Below, one piece after another: positions 36,382 through 47,180 of a DNA stretch of 64,000 nucleotides; within the stretch, counting starts at the first letter, position 1; every line of letters starts with the position of its first letter. The stretch comes from a virus. The position numbers and the translations under genes are program-made. Under the pieces are notes generated by a model. That model was not told the DNA's origin, made no database searches, and saw nothing but the letters and a program-made list of their open reading frames with translations. The stretch covers positions 1 to 64,000 of IMG/VR virus record IMGVR_UViG_3300009285_005282; one strand, 5' to 3'.

Positions 36382-36653
36382 ACACTACCATCCCAGTTGC
36401 AGAGTTCTTTGCGGCAGCGCGTCAGATGGCTCGACGGTCCATGGTGACCGAGCTCCGCGCTATCGCCGTGGCGAGGGCGCAGGAGAGGGCGCTGCAGGAG
36501 CACCTAGCGACTGAGCGAGTGCGGCAAGTTGCCGCTATGCAGGTCAATGACATGCTGGCGCGGCGCGGGGTGGTGCTGCCAGGCACGATGACCACGCCTA
36601 TCTCGGCGCAGCTGGCGGCAGCTCAATCCGTGGAGGGCGGCTCATGGCGTTAG
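36378..36653 (+). CDS. Hypothetical protein
   Basis: ATGA overlap; helical composition. Confidence 0.7.
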   Translation: MNTTIPVAEFFAAARQMARRSMVTELRAIAVARAQERALQEHLATERVRQVAAMQVNDMLARRGVVLPGTMTTPISAQLAAAQSVEGGSWR

Positions 36654-37597
36654 AGACCGTGCGTGTCTACGCGGTGAACGAGCTCGATGACCCGTTGGTC
36701 GGCGTACTGGTACGCGCCTACGATGGTACGGGTACGCTGGTCGGGCAGAACACCACTGCCCTGGTCGGCGTGGAGGCTTACTGCGAGTTGTACCTGGACG
36801 GTGGGAACCCTCCGGTCGAGTACACCGTGCGGCTGAGCAAGACCGGGGTGGCGTTCGACGGGGCGCTCGGCGCCGACAACCGGACCCCGCAGACCGTCGC
36901 CATTTACAGTCCGCCAGCGTTGGCTCCGGTAACCGGGACCAACAACTTTCAGGTGCAGGGCCAGACCTTCTCCCGGCCGGCGGCGCTAGACCCGCGGCTG
37001 TGTCGCTGCTCAGGGGTCTTTCGGGACGCGTCGGGCAGACCACTGGAGGGTCTTTCCCTAGCGATCCACCCGACCTGTTTCAACGACGGGCAGGCGGATC
37101 TGACCCCGCTGATCGTGGATGACGACGCAGTGATGCTAGGTAGTGCCATCCTGCTCAAGACGGACGAGGACGGGTACGTTGTCTGCGACCTGTACCGCGG
37201 CGCGGATGTGGGAATCATGGTTGCGGGGTTCGAGCACTCCTGGCGGCGTGTTCGCGTTCCTGACGCCGCTTCGGTCAACGTGGTGCACCTGCTGTTCCCT
37301 GTGGTGCAGTCCGTCACCTACGACCCAGACCCGGTCTCGGTTGCCGCGGGAGCAGCAGTCGACGTGACCGCTACCGTCCTGGCGACCGACGGGCAGGTTT
37401 TGGATCTTGCTGACGGTGACCTCCTGTTCTCCTCAGATGATGAGGGGGTTGCGACCGTCTCGGTTGTGGATGGACGACTCAGGGTCACAGGCGTGGCCGC
37501 CGGGTCCGCGGAGGTGGTTGCGGTACGGGCTGACGAGACCATTGTGGTTGTGCCCACGCCTGTATACGCGTCGGTGGTGGTGACGGTGACCCCGTGA
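36644..37597 (+). CDS. Virion protein with C-terminal Ig-like (Big_2) domain
   Basis: FSSDDEGVATV...VTGVAAGSAEV...VTVT. Confidence 0.75.
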   Translation: MALETVRVYAVNELDDPLVGVLVRAYDGTGTLVGQNTTALVGVEAYCELYLDGGNPPVEYTVRLSKTGVAFDGALGADNRTPQTVAIYSPPALAPVTGTNNFQVQGQTFSRPAALDPRLCRCSGVFRDASGRPLEGLSLAIHPTCFNDGQADLTPLIVDDDAVMLGSAILLKTDEDGYVVCDLYRGADVGIMVAGFEHSWRRVRVPDAASVNVVHLLFPVVQSVTYDPDPVSVAAGAAVDVTATVLATDGQVLDLADGDLLFSSDDEGVATVSVVDGRLRVTGVAAGSAEVVAVRADETIVVVPTPVYASVVVTVTP

Positions 37598-37944
37598 TTG
37601 CGCCGCGCAGGGGGCTGGAGGAGCACTACTGGCGGATCAGCAAGGAGGCCGGGGCGTGCCGTGCGGTGTGCGCTGCGGTGTTGGAACGTACTTTGCGGGA
37701 CCTGTACACGTACCAGGACCAGCGCAACCCGAAGCGGAAGAAGGTGTATCAGGACGCTCTACGGTGGGTTACGGACGAACAGGTCCCGGAGACGGTGGTC
37801 ATGAGCTTTGGTTGGATCTGCCTTTCGCTGGATCTGCAGCCGGAGCAAATTCGGGCGCAGGTGCTGGAATTCCAGCAGGGTAATTTTCAGCACCTGTACG
37901 AGTTTTTGACGGAGCAGCGGTGTCCTACACGGAAGACGAGATAG
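37594..37944 (+). CDS. Conserved-type phage hypothetical protein
   Basis: AVL...D....A..W...SF.WIC..LDL.P..IR pattern. Confidence 0.7.
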   Translation: MIAPRRGLEEHYWRISKEAGACRAVCAAVLERTLRDLYTYQDQRNPKRKKVYQDALRWVTDEQVPETVVMSFGWICLSLDLQPEQIRAQVLEFQQGNFQHLYEFLTEQRCPTRKTR

Positions 37945-40910
37945 CCTCCGCCGTTGGCGAGCTGGTCCAGGGCACGTTGACCTTCCCCACCATTGCTGGG
38001 CAGAAGGACCGCGGCGCGGCTTACCGTGAGGTGCTGGAGCTGGTGGTGTCGGTCTTGCTCCAGGACCCAGACAGCGGTTTGCACTTCATTCTTCTTGGTC
38101 TGCGACGACTGGCGGCGCTGGTGACACAGGAGCTTACTGCGTGCTCTAGCTTGCAGGAGGCGCTCGACGATCTGGCAATGCCTAATCTGCCCGTGGAGTC
38201 AGTACAGGCGTTGCGCTCTGCCGCCGCGGGAGCGCAGGCGCTGCAGACCGCAGCTGCACGACGGGGCGGCGTGGCTGGTCCAGAGCTGGTTCGCTGCACT
38301 GTGGCGTTGGGGCGCGTTCGGGAGACGCTGGCCCGCTCGGTTCGGCAGTGCTACGTGCCCCGTGGGGCGGCCCAGAGTGTGACTGACCTGGTACGCCCCG
38401 CCGACGAAGCGCGCCCACAGGTACTGCGCTACCTGGCCGACGTGGAGGAGCTGCACGAAAAAGTGTTGGCGCGAGCCGACCAGCTTCTGGCAGCTCGTGC
38501 CGAGCTCACCGACGGTGGAGTGCAGCAGCTAGCTGCCTCCCGCCAGCTCTCCAGGGTTGCAACACAGCTCGACACCCTGCACTCGACGTTGGATGCGTTG
38601 AACTCCCACGAGCGGGTGTCCATGGCCCGTTCTTCCTTGTTGCAGGTGCTGGCTAGCACCAGCCTCCTGGAGTTGCTACAGCGAACCGGGGGCACAACCC
38701 GGCTTGAACAGATCGTGTCCCCCTCGCCAACGTACCGTGTTCGGGCTTACGGTTCCGGCTCGGCGCCGTCGGTGTCGGGAACGTTGTCCAGTCCCTACAC
38801 CCTGTACCCCGCCGGCCCGCACGTTGTTGGGTTTTCCTCCCTCAACGGGGTCGTCCACACCGTAGATGTGTTCTCCGGTGGGGTTTCGGAAGTTGCCGCC
38901 TCCAGTGTTGCCACCCTGCTAGGTGGAGGAGAGGGTGATTTCGCCATTGCCGGGGACTTGGCAACTCCCTACGTGCTGCTGTCCGCGGTGGAGAACTACG
39001 ACACCAACGTGAACGGCTACATGTTCTACCTGGCCGTAGATGGGGTGCTGTACGAAAAAGCTCTTCCATTTGGTGTCCTTACCGCGGCGCAGGTACAGAT
39101 TGCTCTGTCCGCGGCGCCGGGGTGGACGTGCCACTCCGGGGGCGTAGTGCCGCCCCCGGTAACGTTCGCCGTGGTGGGCGGCAAGGTACAGATCACCTAC
39201 GTGGGTTCCGGTGTTCCTACCAGCTACCGCGGGAGGTCCATGGAGGTTGGACGAGGGTTCCAGTACGCCTCCGATCTTTGGAACTGGACGGTGGACCCTG
39301 GTGCCGGACCCGTGGCGGCAGACCGGTCGGCGGGCTGGGACGCGAACGATAAGTTGTGGGTGCAGCCTAACGATTACCCAGGGAAGATCGAGGTGGCGCT
39401 TCCGGTTGGTGTCTGGCCTGACTACTACGTCACCGCCGGCAACGTGGCGGCAGCTATCGACGCAGCGGCTGTTGCGGCCGGGGAAGCGTTCACTGCGACA
39501 GCGGACGGGACCCGTGTGCGGGTGAGCTCTACGCTGTATGGCGAGGGCTCTATTGTCACCTTACGTTCTGGCGGGCTGTACGGCGCTGGTGCGCCCATGG
39601 CAGACCCCAAGCCGGGCACCGGCACCCCCAGCGAGCTGGCGTTGAGGACCTTGGGCTTCGTGGGGGATGAGGAGTCCCGTGGGGCGGACGTCCCCCTCTC
39701 TTCGGTAGTGACCCGTCTCAACGATGATTCCGCCTTCACGGCTGCCGCAACTGCAACCGCGGAAAAGGTTGTCTATCTGACCAGTCGGCTGGCGGTACGT
39801 TCGGCGGCCAGTGCGCTGCGTGTTCCGGTAGAGGCAGATCCGCTGGCTACCTGGCCTGCGTACGGGGAGCTGCGGGTTACCGTGGTCAACGGTGACAACT
39901 CGGGAGTCTACGCGCTCAGCGGGGCGCCGTCGTGGGCTGCGGGTCTTCTCACCTTACCGCTGACTCGACGGTTGCGGGACACTACCGCTGGCAGGTTGCA
40001 CGCCGTTCAGGTGTACCGGGAACGGCTGGTGCTGACTTCCAAAGACGCAACCCTGACCGGAGAGTTGGAGCTCGATGACCCTGTTGGGTCCTGTCGTGCG
40101 GTGCTCGGGCTCGACGCGGCGAAGCATGCGGGAACGGTGGGCTCACTGCTTTTCGAGCAGAATGACGTCGTGCATGGCTGGCTCGCCATGGACCTTCGCC
40201 GGCTGGGGTTCAAAGTCGCCGACCAGTTGCTCTCCAACGGCGCGGTGCAAACAACCATCTCGGCGCTCACCGACTTGGCGCAGGGAGTGGTCGCGGTGTC
40301 CCCTGGGGTGGTCCCGTCGTTCGGTCTTTCCTCGGCGGGGTTCGTGGTGCAGTCCGGAACCTATGCGGTGTACCTCGCCGGGGTTGCGGTGCTACAGTCG
40401 TGGATGTCCTCATTGGGGGGGTGGGTGGACCTGCGTTTGGTGTATCGCGCTTCAGAGCGGCTGTTGGCGGGCTCCCCCACTCGGGCACAGGTGGACCGGG
40501 TTTACACGTTGGTCGAGGAGCTAGTGACACTGCTGACCGTCTTGCAAATAGGGTTGGCCGCGGTGCAGTTGTCGAGCAACAGCGGCGCCGACCGGGCGCT
40601 GCGCACTTTGGAGTCGCATGGGTATACCCGTGCCCGAGATTTGTTGTTGGCTGGCAGGTTCGCGGAGCTGTTTGCATCGGACGCCGAGGGGGCCACGTAC
40701 AGTCGGGCGCTGCAGAAGACTGCGAACGAAGTGGCGGTGGAGCTGGTGAACAACACTACTGGGGCGCGAGCGCGGGTGGGCTCCTCTTTTGCCCGTGTCC
40801 GCACCTCGTGGTCTGACGTCGACCCGGCGTACACGTTCAACGACGTGGAGGACGAACTCCCGGAGTCACCAGTGCTGGACTATCCAACGACTGAGGATGG
40901 TGGAGCGTGA
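37920..40910 (+). CDS. Large virion/baseplate protein
   Basis: 996 aa; helical ends and beta-rich core; upstream of the gp25/J-like genes. Confidence 0.6.
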   Translation: MSYTEDEIASAVGELVQGTLTFPTIAGQKDRGAAYREVLELVVSVLLQDPDSGLHFILLGLRRLAALVTQELTACSSLQEALDDLAMPNLPVESVQALRSAAAGAQALQTAAARRGGVAGPELVRCTVALGRVRETLARSVRQCYVPRGAAQSVTDLVRPADEARPQVLRYLADVEELHEKVLARADQLLAARAELTDGGVQQLAASRQLSRVATQLDTLHSTLDALNSHERVSMARSSLLQVLASTSLLELLQRTGGTTRLEQIVSPSPTYRVRAYGSGSAPSVSGTLSSPYTLYPAGPHVVGFSSLNGVVHTVDVFSGGVSEVAASSVATLLGGGEGDFAIAGDLATPYVLLSAVENYDTNVNGYMFYLAVDGVLYEKALPFGVLTAAQVQIALSAAPGWTCHSGGVVPPPVTFAVVGGKVQITYVGSGVPTSYRGRSMEVGRGFQYASDLWNWTVDPGAGPVAADRSAGWDANDKLWVQPNDYPGKIEVALPVGVWPDYYVTAGNVAAAIDAAAVAAGEAFTATADGTRVRVSSTLYGEGSIVTLRSGGLYGAGAPMADPKPGTGTPSELALRTLGFVGDEESRGADVPLSSVVTRLNDDSAFTAAATATAEKVVYLTSRLAVRSAASALRVPVEADPLATWPAYGELRVTVVNGDNSGVYALSGAPSWAAGLLTLPLTRRLRDTTAGRLHAVQVYRERLVLTSKDATLTGELELDDPVGSCRAVLGLDAAKHAGTVGSLLFEQNDVVHGWLAMDLRRLGFKVADQLLSNGAVQTTISALTDLAQGVVAVSPGVVPSFGLSSAGFVVQSGTYAVYLAGVAVLQSWMSSLGGWVDLRLVYRASERLLAGSPTRAQVDRVYTLVEELVTLLTVLQIGLAAVQLSSNSGADRALRTLESHGYTRARDLLLAGRFAELFASDAEGATYSRALQKTANEVAVELVNNTTGARARVGSSFARVRTSWSDVDPAYTFNDVEDELPESPVLDYPTTEDGGA

Positions 40911-41215
40911 CCGAAGCGCGCGCAACGGACCAACTGCGGGAGGTACTGGCACGAGGGTTCGCGTTCGTTCGGAGTTGCGAGACCACCGAGGCTGTGTCCG
41001 CAGCGACCTTTGAGGAGCTTTTGGCGCGGAGTATCCAGGAGATCGAGGGGGACGCTCCGCTGCGCCCCGGTAAGCTCTCCCAGGTGCAGCGCTTACACGA
41101 CGAGGTTCTAGCCGCCATAGCCCAGGCGCGGGAGATGCCAGCCGAGACGTTCGACCTACGGGGTGCGGCCAGCACGCGTGAAGACGGAACTGGTCAGGAG
41201 GGGCTTGATGGTTGA
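40907..41215 (+). CDS. Hypothetical protein
   Basis: GTGA overlap; GGAG RBS. Confidence 0.7.
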   Translation: MTEARATDQLREVLARGFAFVRSCETTEAVSAATFEELLARSIQEIEGDAPLRPGKLSQVQRLHDEVLAAIAQAREMPAETFDLRGAASTREDGTGQEGLDG

Positions 41216-41861
41216 CCTGCAGGTCATCGAGATCCGAGACCTGTTGCGTGTAAGCTCGGTGGAGCACGTGCCCGGCCTAGCCGTGCCCACCGTGCAGTTG
41301 ACCGGTGAGGACTTTCTGCACGTGCAGGACGTATTCCTCAACGAGACCCAATGCCCGGACGTGGTGGTGCTCTCAGCGACTTCGCTGTTGGCGCAGCTGC
41401 CCGAGTCCGTAGTGGACCGGCAGATCGTTTCGGTGGTGGTCTCCAGCACCCGGCTGACACGAACCGCGCGCAGCACCATCGCTTTCCGGGTCGCCGACAG
41501 CCCTGGGACCGTAGACGGGCTGACCCGGCTGATCCAGACCTTTGTGAAGCTCGTGCTTACCACGCCAGGAACCGATATCTTCTCACGTAAGGTTGGTGGT
41601 GGGCTGCTCGGGGTAGTCGGGAAGCAGACTGCGGACTCCACGGCGCAGATGCTCTCCGCGGACTTCAGCCTGGCGGTTACACGAGCACGGCAGCAGCTCA
41701 TGACGTTGCAGGCGGCCAACCCGAAGCTGAGCCTGTCGGAGCGGCTAGCTTACGCCACCGTAGTTGGGATTCACTACGACCCCTCCGACTTGTCGATGGT
41801 GGGTCGGGTCGCGCTTGGCAACCAAACTGGGCGGGGGTCGGTTGTCGGAATGGGGCTGTAG
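41208..41861 (+). CDS. Baseplate wedge gp25-like protein with N-terminal Ig/IPT-like domain
   Basis: VDGLTRLIQTFVKLVLTTPGTDIF...GGGL...ERL; directly precedes the J-like gene. Confidence 0.7.
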   Translation: MVDLQVIEIRDLLRVSSVEHVPGLAVPTVQLTGEDFLHVQDVFLNETQCPDVVVLSATSLLAQLPESVVDRQIVSVVVSSTRLTRTARSTIAFRVADSPGTVDGLTRLIQTFVKLVLTTPGTDIFSRKVGGGLLGVVGKQTADSTAQMLSADFSLAVTRARQQLMTLQAANPKLSLSERLAYATVVGIHYDPSDLSMVGRVALGNQTGRGSVVGMGL

Positions 41862-41863
41862 CC

Positions 41864-44800
41864 ATGATGACCGGTGACGACTGGCGATTGTTCGTTCAGG
41901 AGCGCCTTCGCGCGCTGGACCCGACCCTCAGCTTGGAGGATGGTTCGGCGGCAGCGCTGCAGGTGGTGGAGCCTCTGGTAGCACGTCTCTCTCCCAGTCT
42001 GTTTGAGACGTCGGTGGAGACGTTCATTCGTACTCGGTTGCAGCAAGAGCACCCTCAGCTCTACGCTGACGAAGGCTCGGCCCTGGCGGATCTGTTCGCC
42101 AAGCCCATGCTCACGCTGCTGGAGCCTATCCGTCGTGAGGGGCGCACCCTGCGACCGCAGCAGTACTTGCAGGACCCTTCACGGTTGAGTGCGGCAGAAG
42201 CAGACGCGCTGCTGGCCAATTTCTTTCTGACCCGCAACGCAGGGACCTACTCCAAGGTGGTGGTTCGTGCCTTCTTCCGCAACGCGCTCTCAGTGACCGT
42301 TGGCGGGAGCAACATCGCCTACACTGCTAACGGCCTGCGCTTCCTGCCGGTCCGTATCCAGAGCGTCACTGCGGAGTCCATGCTGCTCAACCTGCATAGC
42401 AGTGGGCTATACTACTTCGACATCGAGTACCAGGCCGAGCGTCCGGGGGCGCTGTACAACGTTGCGGCCTCCCAGGTCATCGGCATCACCGGTCTCTCAT
42501 CGGCGGTACGCGTCACCAACTTCACTGCCAGCCCGGGTGTGGACGATGAGAGCACCACTGCCCTTGTTTCACGTGGCGAAAGCAGCTTGGGAGAGCGTTC
42601 GGCGAACACGCTGTCCGGGCTGGTGGCGGTGCTGCGGCTCAACTATCCGTCACTTCGTGTGCTGCAGACCATCGGCTTCAACGACGCCGAGATGCACCGG
42701 GATGTGCTCAAAGGTGGTGGGCGTGGCCCCGTGCTGGCGTCGGGTGTGGATGGTGCGACCGTTGACGACGGCGATGGGGACTGGTTCACCCCTTACTTCG
42801 ACTCGGCCACGGGGGTGTTCACAACTGTCCTCGGTCCGGTGGGAACCGATCTATCGGACTACGTGCTGGAGGTGTGGTACAGCGGGGCTCCCCACGAGTT
42901 CGTCTTGGGACAGGTGGAGGGTGCTACCCAGGTGCGCATCTCCACGGATTACGACGGCGCTACGGCGCTGCCGGACACGCTGGCCGGTTCCTTCTGGACC
43001 GTCCGTCGCGGAAACGCGTTGACCCTCTCCGACATCCCGGGAGGTGTCCTGTTTCCAGACGTGGTTGGCGGCGCGGAGGTAACGGTTCCGGCGGACGAGG
43101 TGCACGTTGGGGGGTGCGCAGACATTTACATCCGTGGCGGGGATGTCACGCGGGCGTTGCTGAACCTGAGCCTCGTGTCCGATGAGGACGTGCTGGCTCG
43201 GAGGGAGGATCTGCGGACCCTTGGCGGGAGTGACACGGTGCTGCTGAACGACCTGACCGCTGATGAATGGTCCTCCATTACCGAAGGCAGGAGCTCGGTC
43301 TACATCGAAGAGGGTGCGGACTCCGGGGGTTACCGGGTGGTCGAGAAGCTGGCCGGTCCGGGGTACTCAGTGCGCCTGAGCTCCGCCATGGCCGCCCCGG
43401 GGGTAGCAACGAACCTCTCGTATCTGGTCGTGGACGACATCGACATCAACCTGGTCGCGCCCCGCGAGCTGCGGTGCTCCGCGTCTGACTTGCGGACGGT
43501 GGCGGGGCTGGCGGATGTTCAAACGGTCAGCGGCTCAACCAACTTCCTGGACGTTGGTGTGGTTGACACCGACCATGTGCGTATCCTATCCGGCGACGAC
43601 GCCGGGGAGTACACCATTGCTCCCGGCGGGGTGGCGGCGCTGACCATCACGCTGGATACGCTCATGACCGTTACCGAATCGCCGCTGGCATTTGAGATCT
43701 ACCGGAAGCTGGATGGAATCGAGCTACCGTTGTTGCGGGTCTGCGCGGTAGAGTTGTTGGACGGCAACCTCAACCCCACCGGCGCCTACGTTCCCTACCG
43801 GCACCCGGTGGATGTTCGGTCGAGCAGCTTCCAGAATCCGGGGCGGGAGCCCAAAGCTGGCACTGACGTGGTCTCTACATCCGGCACCTACCTGGCCGCG
43901 GTCGCTGGGTCGGACGTGGTAACGGCGGTGGACGAGATTGGGAACGCGTTGGGGTCATTCGACTGGTACGCCGTCGGACTTCGTATTGGTGATCTGGTCA
44001 ACGTCGAGACCGGCGACGACATGGGCTTTTACACCGTGGTGGACGTTGGCGGCGCACCCGGAAGCAGTTTGGGCAACGCCTACGACTTACAACTAGACCG
44101 TCTGCTACGTTGGACCGTGCCCACGATGGAGTTCGTGGCGGGTCCCCCCTCCTACGGGTCGTTCCGTCTTTACTTCACCGACCCGGTGACCTTTGAGGCG
44201 ACCTACGCAGAAACCGAAGTCTGCGTGGTCGTTGGGAGCGCCACCCGAGTCTTTCGGCCGGACCCTGACATTTGGCACGAGTACGCTCCTTCTACGACCA
44301 CGCAGTTCACCTCACCGCTGACACCTGGAGCGAGCGAGGTCATACCGTACACCCCTGATGGAGGGACCAACCTGGACTTGCGGGTGTACGAGACTCTCGC
44401 GGGAGACCGCGCGGAGATCACCTACGCGCCGCTGGTTGGTTCGGTGGACTTGGCGGCTGGTGGCCCGTACAACTTGGACGGGCAGACATTGCTGATTGAC
44501 GTTGGGGACGGGGATGAGCGTGTTACCTTCTCCGGCACCGCGCTCGACTACGGGGTCATCGTCTCCCAAATCAACTCTCAGCTCAGCGCGGCTGTAGCCG
44601 CAGCATTCAACAATCCGGCCACGGGCGAGTACTACCTGATGCTGCGCGCCGACCGGTCCATCACGCTGCGGGACAACAGCGCTGCCGCTGCGGATGCCAC
44701 GGCGACACTGTTTGGGGCGCAGGACACTTGGAACCCCTGGCTGCCCGCAGCGCCCTTCGCGGGGTCCAGTGTGGACAACGACTCACCGGAGAAGGGTATC

Positions 44801-45667
44801 TATTTAGTTTCCGTGCTTGCGGCGTACCCCACCGGTGACGCGACGTTGACTCAGCTGGACGGCACCCCCTGGATCATCGACCCCCTGGCGGGCTGGTCCG
44901 GGTCGGTGACCAAGGAGCTCGGGCACTATCTACATCTGAGCCGCCAAGGTCTTCAACGTGTCAGCTCTACGGCCATGGAGGAGCAGGGTACGGACGAGCA
45001 CGGGCTGTACTACTTCGACCTGGAGTGCATCTCGCAAGGGCACGGCACGCCGTGGAATATCGCTGACGAGCTGTCGGGGACAGCGAGCGGCTACTACTCC
45101 GAGGGGTGGGACGTCACCACCGACGACGCGGACACCTCGTACTCCACCGTAGAGGTACCACGGCTGCACCTCAGTCCGCGGGTGCTGCTTGCTGGTGTGG
45201 AGGACGACCCTGCGGAAAAGGAGGAGCTGGTAGGCAGGAGCATCCAGATCGCTTACGAGCGTGACCCGTTGGTCGAGCAGATCCAGGACTTTCTCCGTGA
45301 GCCTCGGTATCGGGTTCTGGTGTCGAACCCGCTGGTCCGCTCGTTGCTGCCGACGTTCGTGCGCACCTACATCGAATACCGCGGCGGCGGAACCGTGGAG
45401 ACGGTGCGGACGCTACTGACCGCGCACATCACCGCGGTACTTCCCAGCAACATGCTGGAGGTGGACGCGCTGGCGGCGCTGATCCGTTCCACCGGTCCCA
45501 CCAAGGTCACCTACCCGGTCACTTTGGTGGGGTTGGCACATCAACGGGACCGCACCATCGTGACCCAGCGGTCGGTAGACCAACTCTCCACCGACCGGCT
45601 TTCGGCGTTGATCCCCGACACCGCCTGGGACGGGACCAGCCTTATCGCCCTTTTGCGGACGGTGTGA
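41864..45667 (+). CDS. Baseplate J/gp6-like wedge protein (long, with insertions)
   Basis: GSALADLF..P, DALLANFFLTR..G, A..PG..YNV...I.GI, V.N...PG.DDEST. Confidence 0.75.
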   Translation: MMTGDDWRLFVQERLRALDPTLSLEDGSAAALQVVEPLVARLSPSLFETSVETFIRTRLQQEHPQLYADEGSALADLFAKPMLTLLEPIRREGRTLRPQQYLQDPSRLSAAEADALLANFFLTRNAGTYSKVVVRAFFRNALSVTVGGSNIAYTANGLRFLPVRIQSVTAESMLLNLHSSGLYYFDIEYQAERPGALYNVAASQVIGITGLSSAVRVTNFTASPGVDDESTTALVSRGESSLGERSANTLSGLVAVLRLNYPSLRVLQTIGFNDAEMHRDVLKGGGRGPVLASGVDGATVDDGDGDWFTPYFDSATGVFTTVLGPVGTDLSDYVLEVWYSGAPHEFVLGQVEGATQVRISTDYDGATALPDTLAGSFWTVRRGNALTLSDIPGGVLFPDVVGGAEVTVPADEVHVGGCADIYIRGGDVTRALLNLSLVSDEDVLARREDLRTLGGSDTVLLNDLTADEWSSITEGRSSVYIEEGADSGGYRVVEKLAGPGYSVRLSSAMAAPGVATNLSYLVVDDIDINLVAPRELRCSASDLRTVAGLADVQTVSGSTNFLDVGVVDTDHVRILSGDDAGEYTIAPGGVAALTITLDTLMTVTESPLAFEIYRKLDGIELPLLRVCAVELLDGNLNPTGAYVPYRHPVDVRSSSFQNPGREPKAGTDVVSTSGTYLAAVAGSDVVTAVDEIGNALGSFDWYAVGLRIGDLVNVETGDDMGFYTVVDVGGAPGSSLGNAYDLQLDRLLRWTVPTMEFVAGPPSYGSFRLYFTDPVTFEATYAETEVCVVVGSATRVFRPDPDIWHEYAPSTTTQFTSPLTPGASEVIPYTPDGGTNLDLRVYETLAGDRAEITYAPLVGSVDLAAGGPYNLDGQTLLIDVGDGDERVTFSGTALDYGVIVSQINSQLSAAVAAAFNNPATGEYYLMLRADRSITLRDNSAAAADATATLFGAQDTWNPWLPAAPFAGSSVDNDSPEKGIYLVSVLAAYPTGDATLTQLDGTPWIIDPLAGWSGSVTKELGHYLHLSRQGLQRVSSTAMEEQGTDEHGLYYFDLECISQGHGTPWNIADELSGTASGYYSEGWDVTTDDADTSYSTVEVPRLHLSPRVLLAGVEDDPAEKEELVGRSIQIAYERDPLVEQIQDFLREPRYRVLVSNPLVRSLLPTFVRTYIEYRGGGTVETVRTLLTAHITAVLPSNMLEVDALAALIRSTGPTKVTYPVTLVGLAHQRDRTIVTQRSVDQLSTDRLSALIPDTAWDGTSLIALLRTV

Positions 45668-45941
45668 CATGGACTGGACGGTTCCCAACTTCGACAACCA
45701 GGCCCGCCCGGGAATCGAACAGGCAGCGGCACTCTGGGCAGCGGCTGAGATAGACCGGCAGCAGCCTACCGGCGTGCAGAGTGCGCTGTACGTCGAGCTC
45801 CTTGAGAGTCCGTCCACCACACTGTGGACAGGTAACCCCGGCGAGGAACTCTTGCTCCTGCTGCACCAACGGGGTAAGGATATCCCGCTGGTCCCGCAGC
45901 AACTCGGCGCGTTCTTTGGCATCCATCTGAACGAATCGCAT
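45642..45941 (-). CDS. Zinc-ribbon protein antisense to the structural operon
   Basis: CPQCGG...CPEC; GGGAG RBS. Confidence 0.65.
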   Translation of the reverse strand: MRFVQMDAKERAELLRDQRDILTPLVQQEQEFLAGVTCPQCGGRTLKELDVQRTLHAGRLLPVYLSRCPECRCLFDSRAGLVVEVGNRPVHVTPSAKGR

Positions 45942-45986
45942 GTCCGTCTCCCGCAATGTAGTATACTGCGGGCGTAGGAGGTCGTC

Positions 45987-47171
45987 TTGCCCTACCCAGC
46001 TACCGATTGGCCAGCGTCATTGGACGCCCCGGTGGTGCGCGCGGACGGCGTGCACACCGTGGCCGGAGACAACTTCAACTACCAAGACGTCCAGCTGCGC
46101 CGGTTACAGCAATGGCTCGGTGCTACCGCTGACTTGATCGGAAGCGGTGTTACCGGCGCTGGCCCTGGGGGGTTGGTGAGCCCGGTCGTTGACGGGCCGG
46201 GCGTCAACGCCATCACGCTGGCAGCCCGGAACGGCTTCGGCGTTGGCAACGTGCTCTCGGTGGGGGACGATGACGATGTAGCGTACGTCGAAAAGTTGCG
46301 GTTGGATTACGCCGGGCGGCTTTGGCTGGCGGGCGGTCTACAGCTCCAAGCCACCCAGGCGGTGACCGAGATCCTCGACGAAGACACGATGGTCTCGGAC
46401 AGTGACGCCGCGCTAGCCACCCAGCAGTCTATCAAGGCGTACTCGGACACGCTGTTCGCGCTCGCGGTGTTGCTTGCTGGAAGAGCAGGTGGGCAGCTTG
46501 TGCACGGGGGTGTGGCGGCGGGTGAGAACCTGACATTGGAGAGCACCGCGCACGCCACCAAGGGGGACGTCGCTCTCTCGGCGGGTGAGCGTTTGGTGCT
46601 TGGGGACTCTGCCGCCCGACCCCCGGTCAACCTAACAGCACGAGCAGCGGAGCCTACCACCCCCGCTGCTTCGGACATCTACCTTGACGATGGCACGAAC
46701 ACCGCTAGTGGTTTACCGGGGCTGCGTCGGTGGTCTGGGGCGGCATGGGCCGACCTGGACACGGGCGTCGAGCGGCACGTTACCGGCGCCATCAACGAAA
46801 CCGTTGCCTTTGGCGCTCCGGAGGCCCCGCTGGGGGACTTCGTGTACAACGTTTCCAAGCGGGGGGCGCTGCCGGTGGTGTTTCAGGCTGTAGTCACTTC
46901 GACTGCGGTGGGGGCCAACACCTGCTTGATACGGCTGTACGATGTCGGTCCTGCTGCTGGTCCCCCTGCCGTTCCAGTGTTGATGGCCACGTTGACCTCG
47001 AACGCTGCTGGGGGTGAGGGTCCGGTGCTGAAACAGAGTGCTGACCTATCTGGCACGCTGACGGCTGGTTCCCGGCTGTACCGCGTTACCGCGGAGGTTA
47101 CAGTTGGAGGAGCAGGCCCACCGCCTGACGAAATTTACGTAGGTAAGGCCGAAATTTACATTGGGAGTTAG
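45987..47171 (+). CDS. Tail fibre-associated structural protein
   Basis: PYPATDWPASLD N-terminus; ILDEDTMVSDSDAALATQQSIKAY and GRAGGQ..GG..AGENLTLEST fibre-like segments; AGGAGG RBS. Confidence 0.7.
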   Translation: MPYPATDWPASLDAPVVRADGVHTVAGDNFNYQDVQLRRLQQWLGATADLIGSGVTGAGPGGLVSPVVDGPGVNAITLAARNGFGVGNVLSVGDDDDVAYVEKLRLDYAGRLWLAGGLQLQATQAVTEILDEDTMVSDSDAALATQQSIKAYSDTLFALAVLLAGRAGGQLVHGGVAAGENLTLESTAHATKGDVALSAGERLVLGDSAARPPVNLTARAAEPTTPAASDIYLDDGTNTASGLPGLRRWSGAAWADLDTGVERHVTGAINETVAFGAPEAPLGDFVYNVSKRGALPVVFQAVVTSTAVGANTCLIRLYDVGPAAGPPAVPVLMATLTSNAAGGEGPVLKQSADLSGTLTAGSRLYRVTAEVTVGGAGPPPDEIYVGKAEIYIGS

Positions 47172-47180
47172 GAGCGCACA

